Of a stretch of DNA of 64,000 nucleotides, positions 11,026 to 22,181 are shown one piece after another (within the stretch, counting starts at the first letter, position 1; each line of letters opens with the position of its first letter). This stretch comes from a virus. Its lineage: Duplodnaviria > Caudoviricetes. A program made the position numbers and the translations under genes. The DNA lies in the IMG/VR virus record IMGVR_UViG_3300033405_000003; one strand, given 5' to 3'. The notes under the pieces were generated by a model. That model saw only the letters and a list, made by a program, of their open reading frames with translations. It was not told the DNA's origin and did no database searches.

Positions 11026-11640
11026 ATGAGCGCGCGAGAACCCAAGAACAAGCTCCAGGAGTGGATAAGCTCCCAGACCGTCTCGGACGAGATGCTCTGG
11101 AAGGGCGCGTTCGGCCACCAGATGTCGTTCATCCGCGACCGGCTCGTGCCGCTCATGGCCGCGGGTCTCGTCTACCAGGCGAGCAAGGAGATCGCCGACG
11201 TCATCTCGACGCACCGGAGCAAATCGATCGTCTTGCCGGTCGTGGAGGTCACGCGCAAGGACCTCGGCCTCCGCTTCACGATGCGCGAGAACTTCTACAA
11301 CTGGAAGCTCTCGGTGCTCTCCGAGAAGCCGATCGAGGCCGACTTCACGGGGCTCTTCCACACGACGCCGCCGATCGACAAGTCCTACACGGGCGACCCG
11401 CTCGCCGGCGTGTACTTCGAGGGGTTCCCGGGGGACCGCATCTTCCGGTACTACTCCGATGACAAGCGTAAGTTCTCGGCGGAGATCTGGGGCGACTATC
11501 CCATGTGGGCCGCGGTGCTGCTCATCATGCGCTCGGTCGGCGCGGTGAAACCGCACGCGTGGACCACGCGCGAGACCCACCAGAAGGAGATGGCGGACGA
11601 GCGGGCCCGCGAGAAGGCGTGGGAGGAGAGCGGCCCATGA
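11026..11640 (+). CDS. hypothetical protein
   Basis: GGGAG RBS, codon bias. Confidence 0.7.
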   Translation: MSAREPKNKLQEWISSQTVSDEMLWKGAFGHQMSFIRDRLVPLMAAGLVYQASKEIADVISTHRSKSIVLPVVEVTRKDLGLRFTMRENFYNWKLSVLSEKPIEADFTGLFHTTPPIDKSYTGDPLAGVYFEGFPGDRIFRYYSDDKRKFSAEIWGDYPMWAAVLLIMRSVGAVKPHAWTTRETHQKEMADERAREKAWEESGP

Positions 11641-11890
11641 ACGCGAAGATGAAGATCTCGGAGGGCACCCTCCGCCTCCAGAGCAGCATCTGCAGGGCCG
11701 CCGACCTGCCCAGGCTCGAGGAGGCCACGGTCACGGACCTCGAAGACTCGGCCGAGTCCCTCATCGAGTTGTGGAGCGACGGGAACGTCATCGGGCACTA
11801 CCTGATGGTCGTCAAGCGGCGCCCGAAGAAGCTCAGGTACCGCGAGCCGCTGCGCCTGCTCGCCGTCATCCGCAAGCACGGGCTAGAGCC

Positions 11891-12289
11891 ATGAGCCGCC
11901 GAGGGTACGAGAACGCGCTGCCCATCGCCGACGACCTCGTGGTGCTCGACCTCCTCTACGACGACCGGTGGGAGTGGAAGATCGAGCGGCGGCTCCACAT
12001 CCCGCACCCGAACCTGCAGCGCAGCGAGGAGCCCTACGTCCGCGTCGCGCGGTCCGAGCACAGCGTCTTGGACTTCCTCGTCGCGCCCGGCGTCGGCGAG
12101 CGCCTCCTCGGGAAGTACCTGGTCGAGGGGAAGAAGCACTGGGGCTACACGGACGACCGCGACCTCTCGATCACGGACGCCGGGCGGGAGATGGTCCGGG
12201 ACGCGTACGAGCGCGCCGGCGTGCGGTACGACGAGCACTTCACGCGGCGCCTTCGCTCGGAGCGCTGGATCGCGGAGACCGCGCCGTGA
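11891..12289 (+). CDS. hypothetical protein
   Basis: ATGA-coupled ORF. Confidence 0.6.
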   Translation: MSRRGYENALPIADDLVVLDLLYDDRWEWKIERRLHIPHPNLQRSEEPYVRVARSEHSVLDFLVAPGVGERLLGKYLVEGKKHWGYTDDRDLSITDAGREMVRDAYERAGVRYDEHFTRRLRSERWIAETAP

Positions 12290-12866
12290 CCACGAAGAAG
12301 TACGACAAGACCTGCGCGCGCCTGGTGCAGGAGGCCATCGGCGTGCCCTACACGGTCGCGCTGAAACTGGTGCTGGAGCACCAGGCCGCCCACCCCGAGG
12401 CCATGCCGAAGGAAGCGAGGGCGCTCGCCATCATGAAGGAGCACGGGAGGCCGTGAACGGGCGGAGGCTCGCGCCGGTGCAGAGTGATGGGTGATGCGCG
12501 CGTTCGCGTGGCTGCTCGGTCCGAAAGCGACCCCGGCGTGCGTCGTGCTCTTCCTCTTGATCGCGCCCGTCGCGGTGTGGCACCACGTGCACCTCGTCAT
12601 CCACATCTGGAAGACCTGGCGCGAAGAAAAGAAAGAGACCCATGACGACAAGCGCGACTGAGACGAACACGAACGGCACGACCCACCCGGCCACCCCCGC
12701 GAGCCCGGTCCCCATCTCCGCGGGCGACGAACACGTGGTGGTCACGCTCGTGGTCCCGAAGAAGAACGGGGGGCTGCCCTCCAGGTGGTGGCCTGTTTTC
12801 ACCCATCCTGGCCTACTTCGGCCACTTTTCCATTCTCCCGTCTTAGCTTCGGCCCGGAGTTGAAAC

Positions 12867-13250
12867 ATGGAACCCACCAAACGCCCCTCCAAGAAACCTG
12901 ACAAAACGCGCCACCTTCACGTGGTCACCGAGGACTCCGAGAAACGACCACCGAAGGTGAAGAAGCACCCGGCCCGCTTCTCTGACCACGATCGCCGGAT
13001 GCTCGCTGTCGCGCTCCGCGCCCTCAAGACGGAGCGCTACGGGACGTGGTGGCGCCTCGCCGAAGCGATGCGAGTTGCCGAAGGAACGCTCCATCAGGTG
13101 ACGACTGGCAAATCAGGCTCGATGGGGATGGCTGTGCGCGCTGCCGCGCTCGCCGGTGTCCCCGTCGAGGTCCTCCTCACCGGGCAGATCCGCTCAGCGA
13201 ACCGCTGTCCGGCTTGCAACCAGGTGCTCATGACGAAAGAGAGCACCTGA
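12867..13250 (+). CDS. XRE-like HTH protein with C-terminal CxxC
   Basis: YGTWWRLAEAMRVAEGTLHQV...LAGVPVEVLL..RCPAC; paralog of 35299-35574. Confidence 0.7.
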   Translation: MEPTKRPSKKPDKTRHLHVVTEDSEKRPPKVKKHPARFSDHDRRMLAVALRALKTERYGTWWRLAEAMRVAEGTLHQVTTGKSGSMGMAVRAAALAGVPVEVLLTGQIRSANRCPACNQVLMTKEST

Positions 13251-13807
13251 TGCCCAAGGGACAGTACCAACGCCATCCACACATCAGGCACCTCTCACGC
13301 GAAGAGCATGTACGTCTCCTGACCACGTTGGAAGCACTCAAAGTTCGATTCTCGACATGGACCGGCCTAGCACGCGCGCTCGGTTCGAACGTCACAACAG
13401 TGAACCAGGTTCGCCACGGTTCGGGATCCGCCGCATACGCCGCGCGGGTGGCGGCGCTTGCCGGTGTTCCGCTTGAGACGATTCTCGACACGTGCGAAGG
13501 CGCTCGGGCCGGAGCTACTAATCTCCATGGCGAGCATCTCACCGTCGCTGAAGACGGTCTCTTCGTTGCATCCCTCAGGAACTTGAAGCGTGTCCATGGC
13601 ACGTACAGGCGCATCGCAGAACTGATCGGAGTGACGCCGCAGCGCCTCGCTAGCGCAATCAACAACCCGAGGCGGTATGGCTCGATGGCTCTCGCGGCGC
13701 GCGTCGCGCGCCTCGCGAACGCGCACGTCGAGCAGGTGCTCACGCCTCAAGTGAGGCCGGCGGGGACCTGTTGGATGTGTGGTCAGATGCTGCCGTCGAA
13801 TGGCTGA
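13250..13807 (+). CDS. tandem XRE-like HTH protein with C-terminal CxxC
   Basis: two copies of the same HTH domain; GTCWMCG. Confidence 0.7.
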   Translation: MPKGQYQRHPHIRHLSREEHVRLLTTLEALKVRFSTWTGLARALGSNVTTVNQVRHGSGSAAYAARVAALAGVPLETILDTCEGARAGATNLHGEHLTVAEDGLFVASLRNLKRVHGTYRRIAELIGVTPQRLASAINNPRRYGSMALAARVARLANAHVEQVLTPQVRPAGTCWMCGQMLPSNG

Positions 13808-14712
13808 AGGCGACGCTGCGCTGCCTGTCGGTCGCTTGTCTACATGGTCGCACTCGCGTGTCGGACTGGTTTCGTTGTGACACGGGGCGACCCGAAGCGT
13901 AGCCTTACACACAAAGCGTCTCGCGAGGTGTCGCGAGGGCTCACATGGAAGGGGAATGTGATGCGTCGCCTCGCCTTGGTTCTGAACTTCAGCGACTGGC
14001 GGTTCGAGCATGGTCGTGTGATCGGCGATGCCATTGTCCGGGGTGGTGGTGACGACCTGCGGCGTGACACCGCTGGCGGGCTCTACGACCGGTGGCGGAG
14101 TCACGGGCTCCGAAACCGGCTTGCTGTACCCGTCAAAGTCATGCGGCGTCGGGGCTTCACCGTTGCCTCGGTCGTCGACAGCGTCTGCTCCGCTTGCGCG
14201 TCGTCGTGTGAGCATCTCCAGGCCAACCCGCTCCGCTAGCTCCCGACGACGAGCATGAAGACCCCGAAGCTCGGCATCACGATCCGGTGCGATACCTGGG
14301 TCGCTGGCCAATTCGGTGTAGATTGCCCGCAGGCGGTCGTCGGCCTGCTCGAGCGATGCGAGCAAGTCGTCAAGCGATGTTTCGGCAGGAGACGTCATGT
14401 TCGCGCTGCGCGTGATCGTCGTCGAGGTCGCAAGGTTAGCGCCACGTACGCGATCGTGTCGTGGTCCGCGAGCACGGCAGGGCGACCGAGGGCGAGCCAG
14501 TGGCTACAACGTCCTCCGCCGGCAACAACCATGCGTTCGCGTGGCGCTTGGCCGGTTCCCGATGCAAAAGTCGACCTGCGAGCGGGATGCGGGAGAGCAG
14601 TGCAGCGCGAGCCATCCTACACTTTCCATCGCTCCCGTTTCGTGATGAAATTTGCTGATGCGCTCCCAGTGTAGGCCTCGCGCTCTTTGGGCGATGGAGC
14701 GAGTATCCGCTC

Positions 14713-15438
14713 GTGACGCCAAAGTCTCGCACGACGCCTGCCGACGAGATCGGCAACGTGAAGACCTCGCCGAGTTTACCCCCTCAACCGGCGAGTCCAG
14801 TTCGCCGAACGCCGCAACGACTGACGCCGATCGAGGTCTTCAAGCTCTGTATTCGCCGGGCAGAAAATCTCGTGAAGATTCACAAAACCGCGGTGGGCAA
14901 ACGAAAAGGGAAGCCGGAGGAGCATTTGGCGGACGCCTATCGGGCGGCGATCACATTGGCGATCTCGGCGCTCGACGCCTATGTGCGGACGCTTGTCCTG
15001 AGCAAAGTGCGAGAACTGCTGGACTCGTCGAAGCCAATTCCGGGAGCGCTGGTCGACCGATTACGAAACCTGATGCCTCACGAGCAACTCTTGGAGGCCG
15101 CGCGGCAGCACGATTTTCTCGAGCGCGTAGACAAGGGGCTTCAGGCGGAGTTCGACACCGAAAGCTTCCAGGGACGCCGAAAAATAGAGGCGGCGTTGAG
15201 TCTCATCGGCCACAAGGACATCATGGAAAAGGTGGCCCAAGCTGCCCGACAGAACGCGGTAGTGTTGACGCGGGAGTTGGAGCACTTCACGCAGCGACGA
15301 CATTCGATCGCTCATCGAGGCGATTACGATCTCACGTGCCATCCGCCGATGGAAAACTCGATCACAAAACAGGACGCGCAGAAGTGCATCAAGTTAGTCG
15401 TGCTGATTGCCGAGCACGTCGAGAAGGTCGTGCAATGA
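14713..15438 (+). CDS. HEPN-domain protein (RiboL-PSP-HEPN-like)
   Basis: RAAITLAISALDAYV helix and RHSIAH (Rx4H) motif. Confidence 0.75.
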   Translation: MTPKSRTTPADEIGNVKTSPSLPPQPASPVRRTPQRLTPIEVFKLCIRRAENLVKIHKTAVGKRKGKPEEHLADAYRAAITLAISALDAYVRTLVLSKVRELLDSSKPIPGALVDRLRNLMPHEQLLEAARQHDFLERVDKGLQAEFDTESFQGRRKIEAALSLIGHKDIMEKVAQAARQNAVVLTRELEHFTQRRHSIAHRGDYDLTCHPPMENSITKQDAQKCIKLVVLIAEHVEKVVQ

Positions 15439-15713
15439 ATCAGCTTCTTCTCATCGCGTTCGACCTTAGACATCCGGCGATGAACACAGAGGCGGTGATC
15501 GCTCGGATCAGAGCATTCGGGCAGTGGGCGCGTGTCAATTCAACGACCTACTTGGTCTATGCGCCCAATGCCCCGGCACAGATCCGTGCGTACATGATGC
15601 CCGTCCTCAACATCGGTGACCGGCTGTTCGTAACGGAGCTGGGTTTCACGTCTGCTTGGGGTGGATACCCAGAAGTGTTCGACAACTGGATGCAAGCGCA
15701 CTCAGAGCCATGA
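15435..15713 (+). CDS. Cas2/VapD-like small ferredoxin-fold protein
   Basis: LLIAFDL N-terminus, WARVNSTTYLV, GDRLFV; ATGA-coupled to HEPN gene. Confidence 0.6.
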   Translation: MNQLLLIAFDLRHPAMNTEAVIARIRAFGQWARVNSTTYLVYAPNAPAQIRAYMMPVLNIGDRLFVTELGFTSAWGGYPEVFDNWMQAHSEP

Positions 15714-15806
15714 TTCATGGTTGGGACCTCCTCGCGTTCATGCGCCGCGCCGTGATGGTGACGTGTAGGCTGTCCCATTGGTGAGGTGTCACTCAGCTCG
15801 GTAACG

Positions 15807-16874
15807 CTACTTGGGCGCGCGGATCACGTTGCCAGGAGACACGTCCGTCCAATAGACGCTAGTCGAATCGACTGCGATGCCCGTTGGTCCCGCCCCACCC
15901 CCGATGCGGGTCGCGCTACCGCCCCCGATCGGAACCTTCATCACGGTTCCGCTCTGCGGAGTTGTCCAGTAAACGTTGGTCGAGTCGACCGCCGTGAAAA
16001 GTGGCTCAACTTGCCCAGACGCTAGCGTCGCCGTACCGCCGCCTCCGATCGGCACCTTCATCACGCTGAGGCCGCACAGGTCCGTCCAGTAGACGCTCGT
16101 CGCGTCGACCGCGACGTACTGCGGATCGCACGGCCCCGATGCGAGCGCCGTCGGGCTCCCGCCCCCCGTCGGTACCTTCATGACCGCGAGGCCGTTGGCC
16201 CAGTAGACGGTCGTCGCGTCGACCGCAATGCCCAGCGGGCCGCCAGGCCCGGACGCGAGCACCGTCGTGCTTCCGCCCTGAACCGGCACCTTCATCACGC
16301 TGCCGCCCTGTTGGGTTGTCCAGTAGACGCTCGTCGAATCGACGGCGATTCCTCGAGGGCCGTTCTGCCCGGACGCGAGGATCACGGTACTGCCGCCCCC
16401 AATCGCAACCTTCATCACCATGCCGTCGCCGACGGTCGTCCAATAGACGTTCGTCATGTCGACGGCGATCGCGTACGGGTCGTTCTGCCCGGACGCGAGC
16501 ATCACCGCGCTACCGCCGCCGATGGGGACCTTCATCACGCTGCCGCTGCCGGGGGTCGTTGAATCGCCCTGGTTCGTCCAGTAGACGCTCGTCGAGTCGA
16601 CCGCGATGGCGCAGGGAGCGCTCTGCCCTGTCGCGAGACACAACATCCCTGGCTCAAGGCACTCGCCACCGCACAAAGTGTAACTCGCCGGGCATCCGAC
16701 ATACCCATCTCCCAGCCAATCGGCCGCATCGTTACCCGCATCGTTAGGGGTCGCATCCGTGGGGGTGCAACTCGCGCTAGAGGCGAGAGTGATTCCGCCT
16801 AGTGCGATCGCGATAGACCAACTAGACACGCGATTGGCATTCAAGTCTCGTGACGGTGGGTGAGTCAAGGCCAC
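15807..16874 (-). CDS. beta-propeller repeat lipoprotein (DUF5050-like)
   Basis: seven IAVDxTxVYWT-like motifs in ~40-aa repeats; signal peptide with Cys. Confidence 0.85.
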   Translation of the reverse strand: MALTHPPSRDLNANRVSSWSIAIALGGITLASSASCTPTDATPNDAGNDAADWLGDGYVGCPASYTLCGGECLEPGMLCLATGQSAPCAIAVDSTSVYWTNQGDSTTPGSGSVMKVPIGGGSAVMLASGQNDPYAIAVDMTNVYWTTVGDGMVMKVAIGGGSTVILASGQNGPRGIAVDSTSVYWTTQQGGSVMKVPVQGGSTTVLASGPGGPLGIAVDATTVYWANGLAVMKVPTGGGSPTALASGPCDPQYVAVDATSVYWTDLCGLSVMKVPIGGGGTATLASGQVEPLFTAVDSTNVYWTTPQSGTVMKVPIGGGSATRIGGGAGPTGIAVDSTSVYWTDVSPGNVIRAPK

Positions 16875-17035
16875 CCCCCGAGCGTGTACCGCTCGATCGC
16901 CACGTCCAGCTTCACACCGGCCGCGTTGTCACTCCTTGCGGACGTTGCCGCAGGTACTGCGGACGCGCTGGTCGGCGACGATGTTGCCGAGGGCATCGTG
17001 CGCGGTGCCACGCCCAACGCTGTGGTCGTCGTCGA

Positions 17036-17362
17036 TCACTGGAACGCGATGTACAGCGCCTGCATGCGCTGCTGCCCGTCGAGGACGTACTCTTTCCACC
17101 CGGTCGCCGCCACGGGCCACGGGTCCTCGTAGAACGTGGTGCCGTCCTGGAAGTTGACGATAAAGCGACGACAATCGATGACCTGCCGCGTCCGCCAGAT
17201 CAGCGCCGTGCCGACGGGAAAGCCCTGGTACAGCGAATCGAACAGCCTCTCGACCTGCGACAGTTCCCAGACTAGCGGGCGCTGGACGTTCGGTAGGAGT
17301 AGTTCGTTGTCGCGGATCCGTTGGGCGACCTTCCAAGCGCTTTGCCCTTCGAACCTCGACAT
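17036..17362 (-). pseudogene. truncated DUF262 (GmrSD N-terminal) gene
   Basis: LPNVQRPLVW, LFDSLYQGFPVG, VLDGQQR, then early stop at 108 aa. Confidence 0.7.
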
Positions 17363-17432
17363 AGACGTCGATGGTCCCCGACGGGGGAACGGGAGTCAAC
17401 GGTGCGCGTTCATGCAGCCGCGACGACGATGT

Positions 17433-18569
17433 TCACTGTGTCTCGCCGTCGCGTCGAAGTGAGTCCTGCGCCTGTTCCGCAGGAGATCGTTCCATGCGTT
17501 CCATCATGAGCAGGGTGCGCTGCAACGTGAACGCCGACGACCCGTTCGGCCATCGTACGTTTTCACGCATGTGCCCGTATCGAGCCATTCCGCCAGAGAC
17601 GAAATCCAGCAGCAGTGTGCCCAGCCACCAATCCGATTCTCGGGCTGCATCCAGGCGCTGCGCGGCCTGCACAACTTCAGCTGGTCGGGAATCGGAGGCC
17701 CCTGCACCACTGGGGCGCACGTATACCAGAAAGAATGGGCGGCCATGGCGCTCAGCGAACACGGCCTTTTCGCGCAAATGCTTGCGCATCACGGCTTCTA
17801 CGCTGGCTTGGCGACCGCCGCCGACCCAGCCGCTCATGATGATGTCGCCCGCTGCCTGGATCGTTGTGGTCACGCTGGCGCCGCTGAGGGCTTGCAGGTC
17901 GTACGTGAATGTGTGCGGCAGCGTTGCCGGCTGTTGAAGTGCGACGCGCTGGGCCCCGAGCATCCTACGCATCTCGGGCCCGAGCACCTCGCACGTTGGC
18001 GTGAATCCATGGCAGTGCACACCCACGTCAACATCGCCGAGGTTGTGGCGTCGCGCCCAACGGTCGGCCTCGGGCTGAAAGCGAATCTTGAGCAGACCAA
18101 TCCCGCTCCCCGCAGCGCTCTTCACGTCGAAGGCAATGAGTTCGCCTCGTCCACAGATGTCGCGGATAACACCGTCGAAGGGCGGGGAGCCGCCGTACTG
18201 CGCGTCCAGCGGCCAACCGGTCTCTTGGAGAACGCCGTCAGCTTCGAACGTCTGATACGCCAAAAGCTCAAGCCAAGCTGCGTCCCAATGGTGCCAACCG
18301 TCGACGAATAGCTTGCCTCGCTGCTCATCAAGATCAGCGGGGTTGCGGGTAGAGAGTGCCACAAGTGCCACCTCAACCTCGCCGAGCTGATAGCGCCCGA
18401 CCTCGCCATCGTACAGTTCGACAATCGGCAAGCCTGCGAGAACGGGCTGCGGACGGAGGGCGGCAAATATGGAGTCGAGGGCGGCGTACGCCTGAAGGTC
18501 GACTGGTCGCACGATGACCAAGCGTACCTCCACGTGGTTGCGATCGCTCGTCCCGTCGCCCTTGGTCAT
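17433..18569 (-). CDS. hypothetical protein, possible PD-(D/E)xK nuclease fold
   Basis: PFDGVI...IAFDVKS; lower-GC island. Confidence 0.5.
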   Translation of the reverse strand: MTKGDGTSDRNHVEVRLVIVRPVDLQAYAALDSIFAALRPQPVLAGLPIVELYDGEVGRYQLGEVEVALVALSTRNPADLDEQRGKLFVDGWHHWDAAWLELLAYQTFEADGVLQETGWPLDAQYGGSPPFDGVIRDICGRGELIAFDVKSAAGSGIGLLKIRFQPEADRWARRHNLGDVDVGVHCHGFTPTCEVLGPEMRRMLGAQRVALQQPATLPHTFTYDLQALSGASVTTTIQAAGDIIMSGWVGGGRQASVEAVMRKHLREKAVFAERHGRPFFLVYVRPSGAGASDSRPAEVVQAAQRLDAARESDWWLGTLLLDFVSGGMARYGHMRENVRWPNGSSAFTLQRTLLMMERMERSPAEQAQDSLRRDGETQ

Positions 18570-18680
18570 GCTGGTCGTGATGGTCAGCGCGATCAGGCGG
18601 TTCTTGGGGTGGAACGACCGCGAGAGTGAAAGGGCTTGCCTCGCCCGTGAGATTGGCGTGACGATGGTCGGGAGGGTCTG

Positions 18681-19199
18681 ATGATGGAACGGATGGGACA
18701 GCTTCTCGCAACGATGACGCTCGCGCTTGTAACAGGGTGCGCAACTACGCCATCGTCAACACAGCCCACCACCCACCTGCTTGACCAGCAAAGTCTGACG
18801 GTTCCAGCCGGCCAAGCCTTGGCGGTGGGCCCGTACACGGTGCCTGATGGCGCGACGATCACGTACCAGATCACCGACACGCCCACGGGCATCGGCTCCG
18901 ATACGATGACCGTGGGCATCGCGACCGAGGCGACCGCGCAGGCCACGAACCCGACCCTCTTCGACGCGCAATCGAACGTGTCGTCGGTGACGGGGACCAC
19001 CCCCGCCCTCTCGGCAGGAGGCTACGATCTCTACGTCGCGCGAGGTGCCAGTCGAAGACCACGCGCGGGTGCTCGGGGCTCTCACCGCTGCGCCGCAGGC
19101 TGCAACTCGACGCGCGACCCCTCAGACGAGCCCGTCTACAGAAAGCAGCACGCGGACGGTTGCCCGACCCGCGATCGATTCGGGCAGGTGTTAGGCTGA
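18681..19199 (+). pseudogene. lipoprotein gene with probable C-terminal breakpoint
   Basis: lipobox LVTGC; sequence turns non-protein-like after GGYDLYV at the island edge. Confidence 0.4.
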
Positions 19200-19574
19200 G
19201 CCGGATGAAGCGCTGGGTCATCGAGTTCAGGTCTGGGACGTTCTTCCAGGACATCGAGGCTGCGCACGGCGGGCGCGTGCAGAGCGCGCAACGATGGGAC
19301 ACGAAGGAAGAAGCGGAGAAATTCATGGACGACAACCCCTGGATCAGCTTCAACGGCGGCATGGCGATGGAGCGCGAGTTCCCCGGCGACGAGCTGCCGC
19401 TCGCGTGGGTGGCGCCGTGATCACCCTCCACGTCTGGCGCACGGACGGCGCCCCGATGCAGACGTACGATTACCTCATGCTGCTCGGTTACGGAGTCATC
19501 CTCCTGCAGGCCGTGGTCGTCCTCTTGTGCTTCTACATGAAGCTGACCAGCATGCTCCGCACGGGGAGCGAGTA

Positions 19575-19985
19575 ATGGGCGCACACATCAACAAGGACGG
19601 CCGCTTCCAGAGCGACCGCTACCCATCGACGCCAGCCGACAAGGTTCCTCTCAGCGTGAACGACAAGACGGCGCAGGATCTCCTCTGGCAATACGCGGAG
19701 CGCCGCCGCAAGGTCGACGCGGAGTTCTCGGCCGACCTCGAGTCACGTCTCGAGACCGTCGGGTTCGCGCCGCCAGCGCTCCGCATCGACGAAGAGCTGG
19801 CCGCGCTACGCAAGCTCGTGCTCGAGATCACCGAGCACTACGACCCGATGTTCGGGACCATCAACACGTACCACCTCGACGACCGGGAGTGGATGAAGAA
19901 GGCCGCGGAGGTCCTCGGCGAGGACGCCGTCTTCCCCTGGAAGAGAGCCGACCGCGAAGCCGACCGCAAAAGCAGCCAGCGATGA
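19575..19985 (+). CDS. hypothetical protein
   Basis: TAATG coupling, codon bias. Confidence 0.6.
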   Translation: MGAHINKDGRFQSDRYPSTPADKVPLSVNDKTAQDLLWQYAERRRKVDAEFSADLESRLETVGFAPPALRIDEELAALRKLVLEITEHYDPMFGTINTYHLDDREWMKKAAEVLGEDAVFPWKRADREADRKSSQR

Positions 19986-20965
19986 CGACGATCATCCTCG
20001 CGTTCTTGGCCGGCTTCGGCTGGACGTCCGCCGTGGTCTCCTACATCGCGGCGCGGCGCAGGCTCGGCGCCTACAGCAAGAAGCTCGTGGACGAGATGAT
20101 GGGGCCCGCGCTCGAGAAGGCGCGTGCCGACATCGGGACCATCGCGAGCGACCACGCCATCAAGCTCGCGGAGTCATACGCCCACCACGCCGGCGAGATG
20201 GCGCGCCTGCTCCAGCCGGGGACCCGCGGCCACGACGACTGGACGGGCCGGGCGGCCGGCGCGCGCGAGGTCGCGGCGGCGATCCGCAAGACGCGGGACA
20301 ACCTCTTCGGGCCGTGGCAAGAAACGAAGCCATGACGAAGACGAAGATCGTCGGGATGGAGGAGGCCCTCGCAAGCATCCCGGCCGAGGAGCGCAACGGT
20401 CTGAGGCAGGGGATTCTCGACGCGTTCGAAGAGGCCGCCAAGACCGGCAAGCTCCCGGGCAAACCCATCGAGAGGCTCCCGGACGGCACGCGCGCGTGCC
20501 CCGCGTGCGGCGCGGTCCTGAAGCGCCCGCACACGTTCCGGTTCCCGGAGCACGCCGGCGGCGACTTCGCCGGGCAGCTCGTCACGTGCTTCGAGTGCCG
20601 GCCCTGCAACGCGCACTACATGGTGAGGGCCATGCAATGATCCTCGCCTGCAACCCCAAGTACATACCGAAGCTCACCGAGGCCGAGAAGGCGAAGCTCG
20701 CGGCCGTGAAGGCCGCACTCCGGCCCGGCTGCGTGCTCGAGTTCACCACGAGCGACTACCACGAGGACCTCGAGACGCCGCCCGGGTTCCACGAGGTCGG
20801 CGACAGGCTCACGCTCGTGCGCCTCGCGGAGAGGAAGATTCCCGTCGTGGACAGCAAGACTCGCGAGAAGGTCCGCGAGATCGACGTCTGGGTCTGCAAG
20901 AGCAGCCGCTGGGACGAAAAGGAGTGCGACGAGAACTACCTCGCCTGGATGACGAAAGTGGTCCC

Positions 20966-21574
20966 GTGAAGAAGCTCGCCCTCTTTCTCGCGCTCCTCGC
21001 GTGCAGGGACGCCCCGCCCCCGGAGGCCGGCGACGCCGCGGCATCCTCGGCGAGCGCGCCCAGCGCGTCCACCGGCATCGCGGTGAACGCGGCCCCCATC
21101 GTCGTGTCGCCGGGCAGCGAATGGAGCGTGCATTTCTCCCCGAACGGCGGGTGCGAGAACGCCGTCGCGACGTTCATCGCGAGCGCCAAGTCGAGCGTGC
21201 ACCTCATGGCGTACGGCTTCACGTCGGAGGCGATCGCGAACGCCCTCATCAAGAAGAAGATCGAGCTGGGCGACGCGGGCTCCGTCGAGGTCGTCCTCGA
21301 CAAGAGTGACAAGACCGCCAAGGGCTCGATGGCCTTCTTGCTCCGGAGCGGCAACGTCAAGGTCTGGATCGACAGCAAGCACCAGATTATGCACGACAAG
21401 ACGGTCGTCGTGGACGGCGCGTGGATCGAGACGGGGTCGTTCAACTTCACGAACGCGGCGGAGCACTCCAATGCCGAGAATTGTCTCATCGAGCACGACC
21501 CCGAGAAGGCGAAAGCGTACGGGGAGAACTGGTCCCTCCATCGAGACCACTCCGACCGACTTCCCTACGACTGA
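20966..21574 (+). CDS. phospholipase D / Nuc-like endonuclease (single HKD), lipoprotein signal
   Basis: FSPNGG, MAYGFTS, HDKTVVVD, TGSFNFTNAAEHSNAEN. Confidence 0.9.
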   Translation: MKKLALFLALLACRDAPPPEAGDAAASSASAPSASTGIAVNAAPIVVSPGSEWSVHFSPNGGCENAVATFIASAKSSVHLMAYGFTSEAIANALIKKKIELGDAGSVEVVLDKSDKTAKGSMAFLLRSGNVKVWIDSKHQIMHDKTVVVDGAWIETGSFNFTNAAEHSNAENCLIEHDPEKAKAYGENWSLHRDHSDRLPYD

Positions 21575-21687
21575 CGACATGGAGCCGTGGACGTCGCCCG
21601 CGCTCGATCGACCCGACGATGGCGGGGACGAAGGTGACGAGACCGAGCTTGTACCGTTTCGTTGGGATCCCGACGGTTCGTGAAACT

Positions 21688-21722
21688 TTGACTCAGGTAG
21701 GATATTATCCTACATTGTAGTC
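21688..21722 (+). promoter_or_regulatory. promoter with palindromic operator, leaderless start
   Basis: TTGACT-17-TACATT-6-ATG(21723); GTAGGATA-t-TATCCTAC at 21697-21713. Confidence 0.7.
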
Positions 21723-21950
21723 ATGAGTAGATACGGTAGGTTGTGGCAGCAGGCGAGCGATATTCGAGACGAACTGAAGAAGCTCGTGTCCCACGCAACA
21801 ACGAGCAGCCTCGCAGACGCCGAGCGCACGTGCAGGGACTCAATCATCACTGCGAAGGACGCCGGCGACGAAGAGCGCGCGAGGCGCATCGAGAGTCTGC
21901 TCTCGTCGTGGGCCGATCTCGAGCGCCGGATGGCGACGTGCGACGACTGA
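21723..21950 (+). CDS. small helical hypothetical protein
   Basis: ATG at predicted transcription start. Confidence 0.55.
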   Translation: MSRYGRLWQQASDIRDELKKLVSHATTSSLADAERTCRDSIITAKDAGDEERARRIESLLSSWADLERRMATCDD

Positions 21951-22181
21951 TGTGATTGTTCGCAGCAGTGGTTAAATACGCGCGATGGTTGGTTGGTCGA
22001 GAAGGAGCAGGGAGTCCGACGAGCGGAGGGCCCGCTGGTGGGCGTCGCTCTCGGACGAGGAGCGCGAGATGGAGAACTTCCTCTCGGCGGTGAACGAGCC
22101 GCGCGACATGTTCCTCATCTTCAAGACCTTCGTGCTCGTGTGGGCAGTTTTCACGGCGATGATCGTCTTGTCGAAGTGGTG

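Noticed and set aside
15435-15713. Evidence for a CRISPR-Cas adaptation module
   Set aside because: Solo Cas2-like fold only; no cas1 or array in the window.
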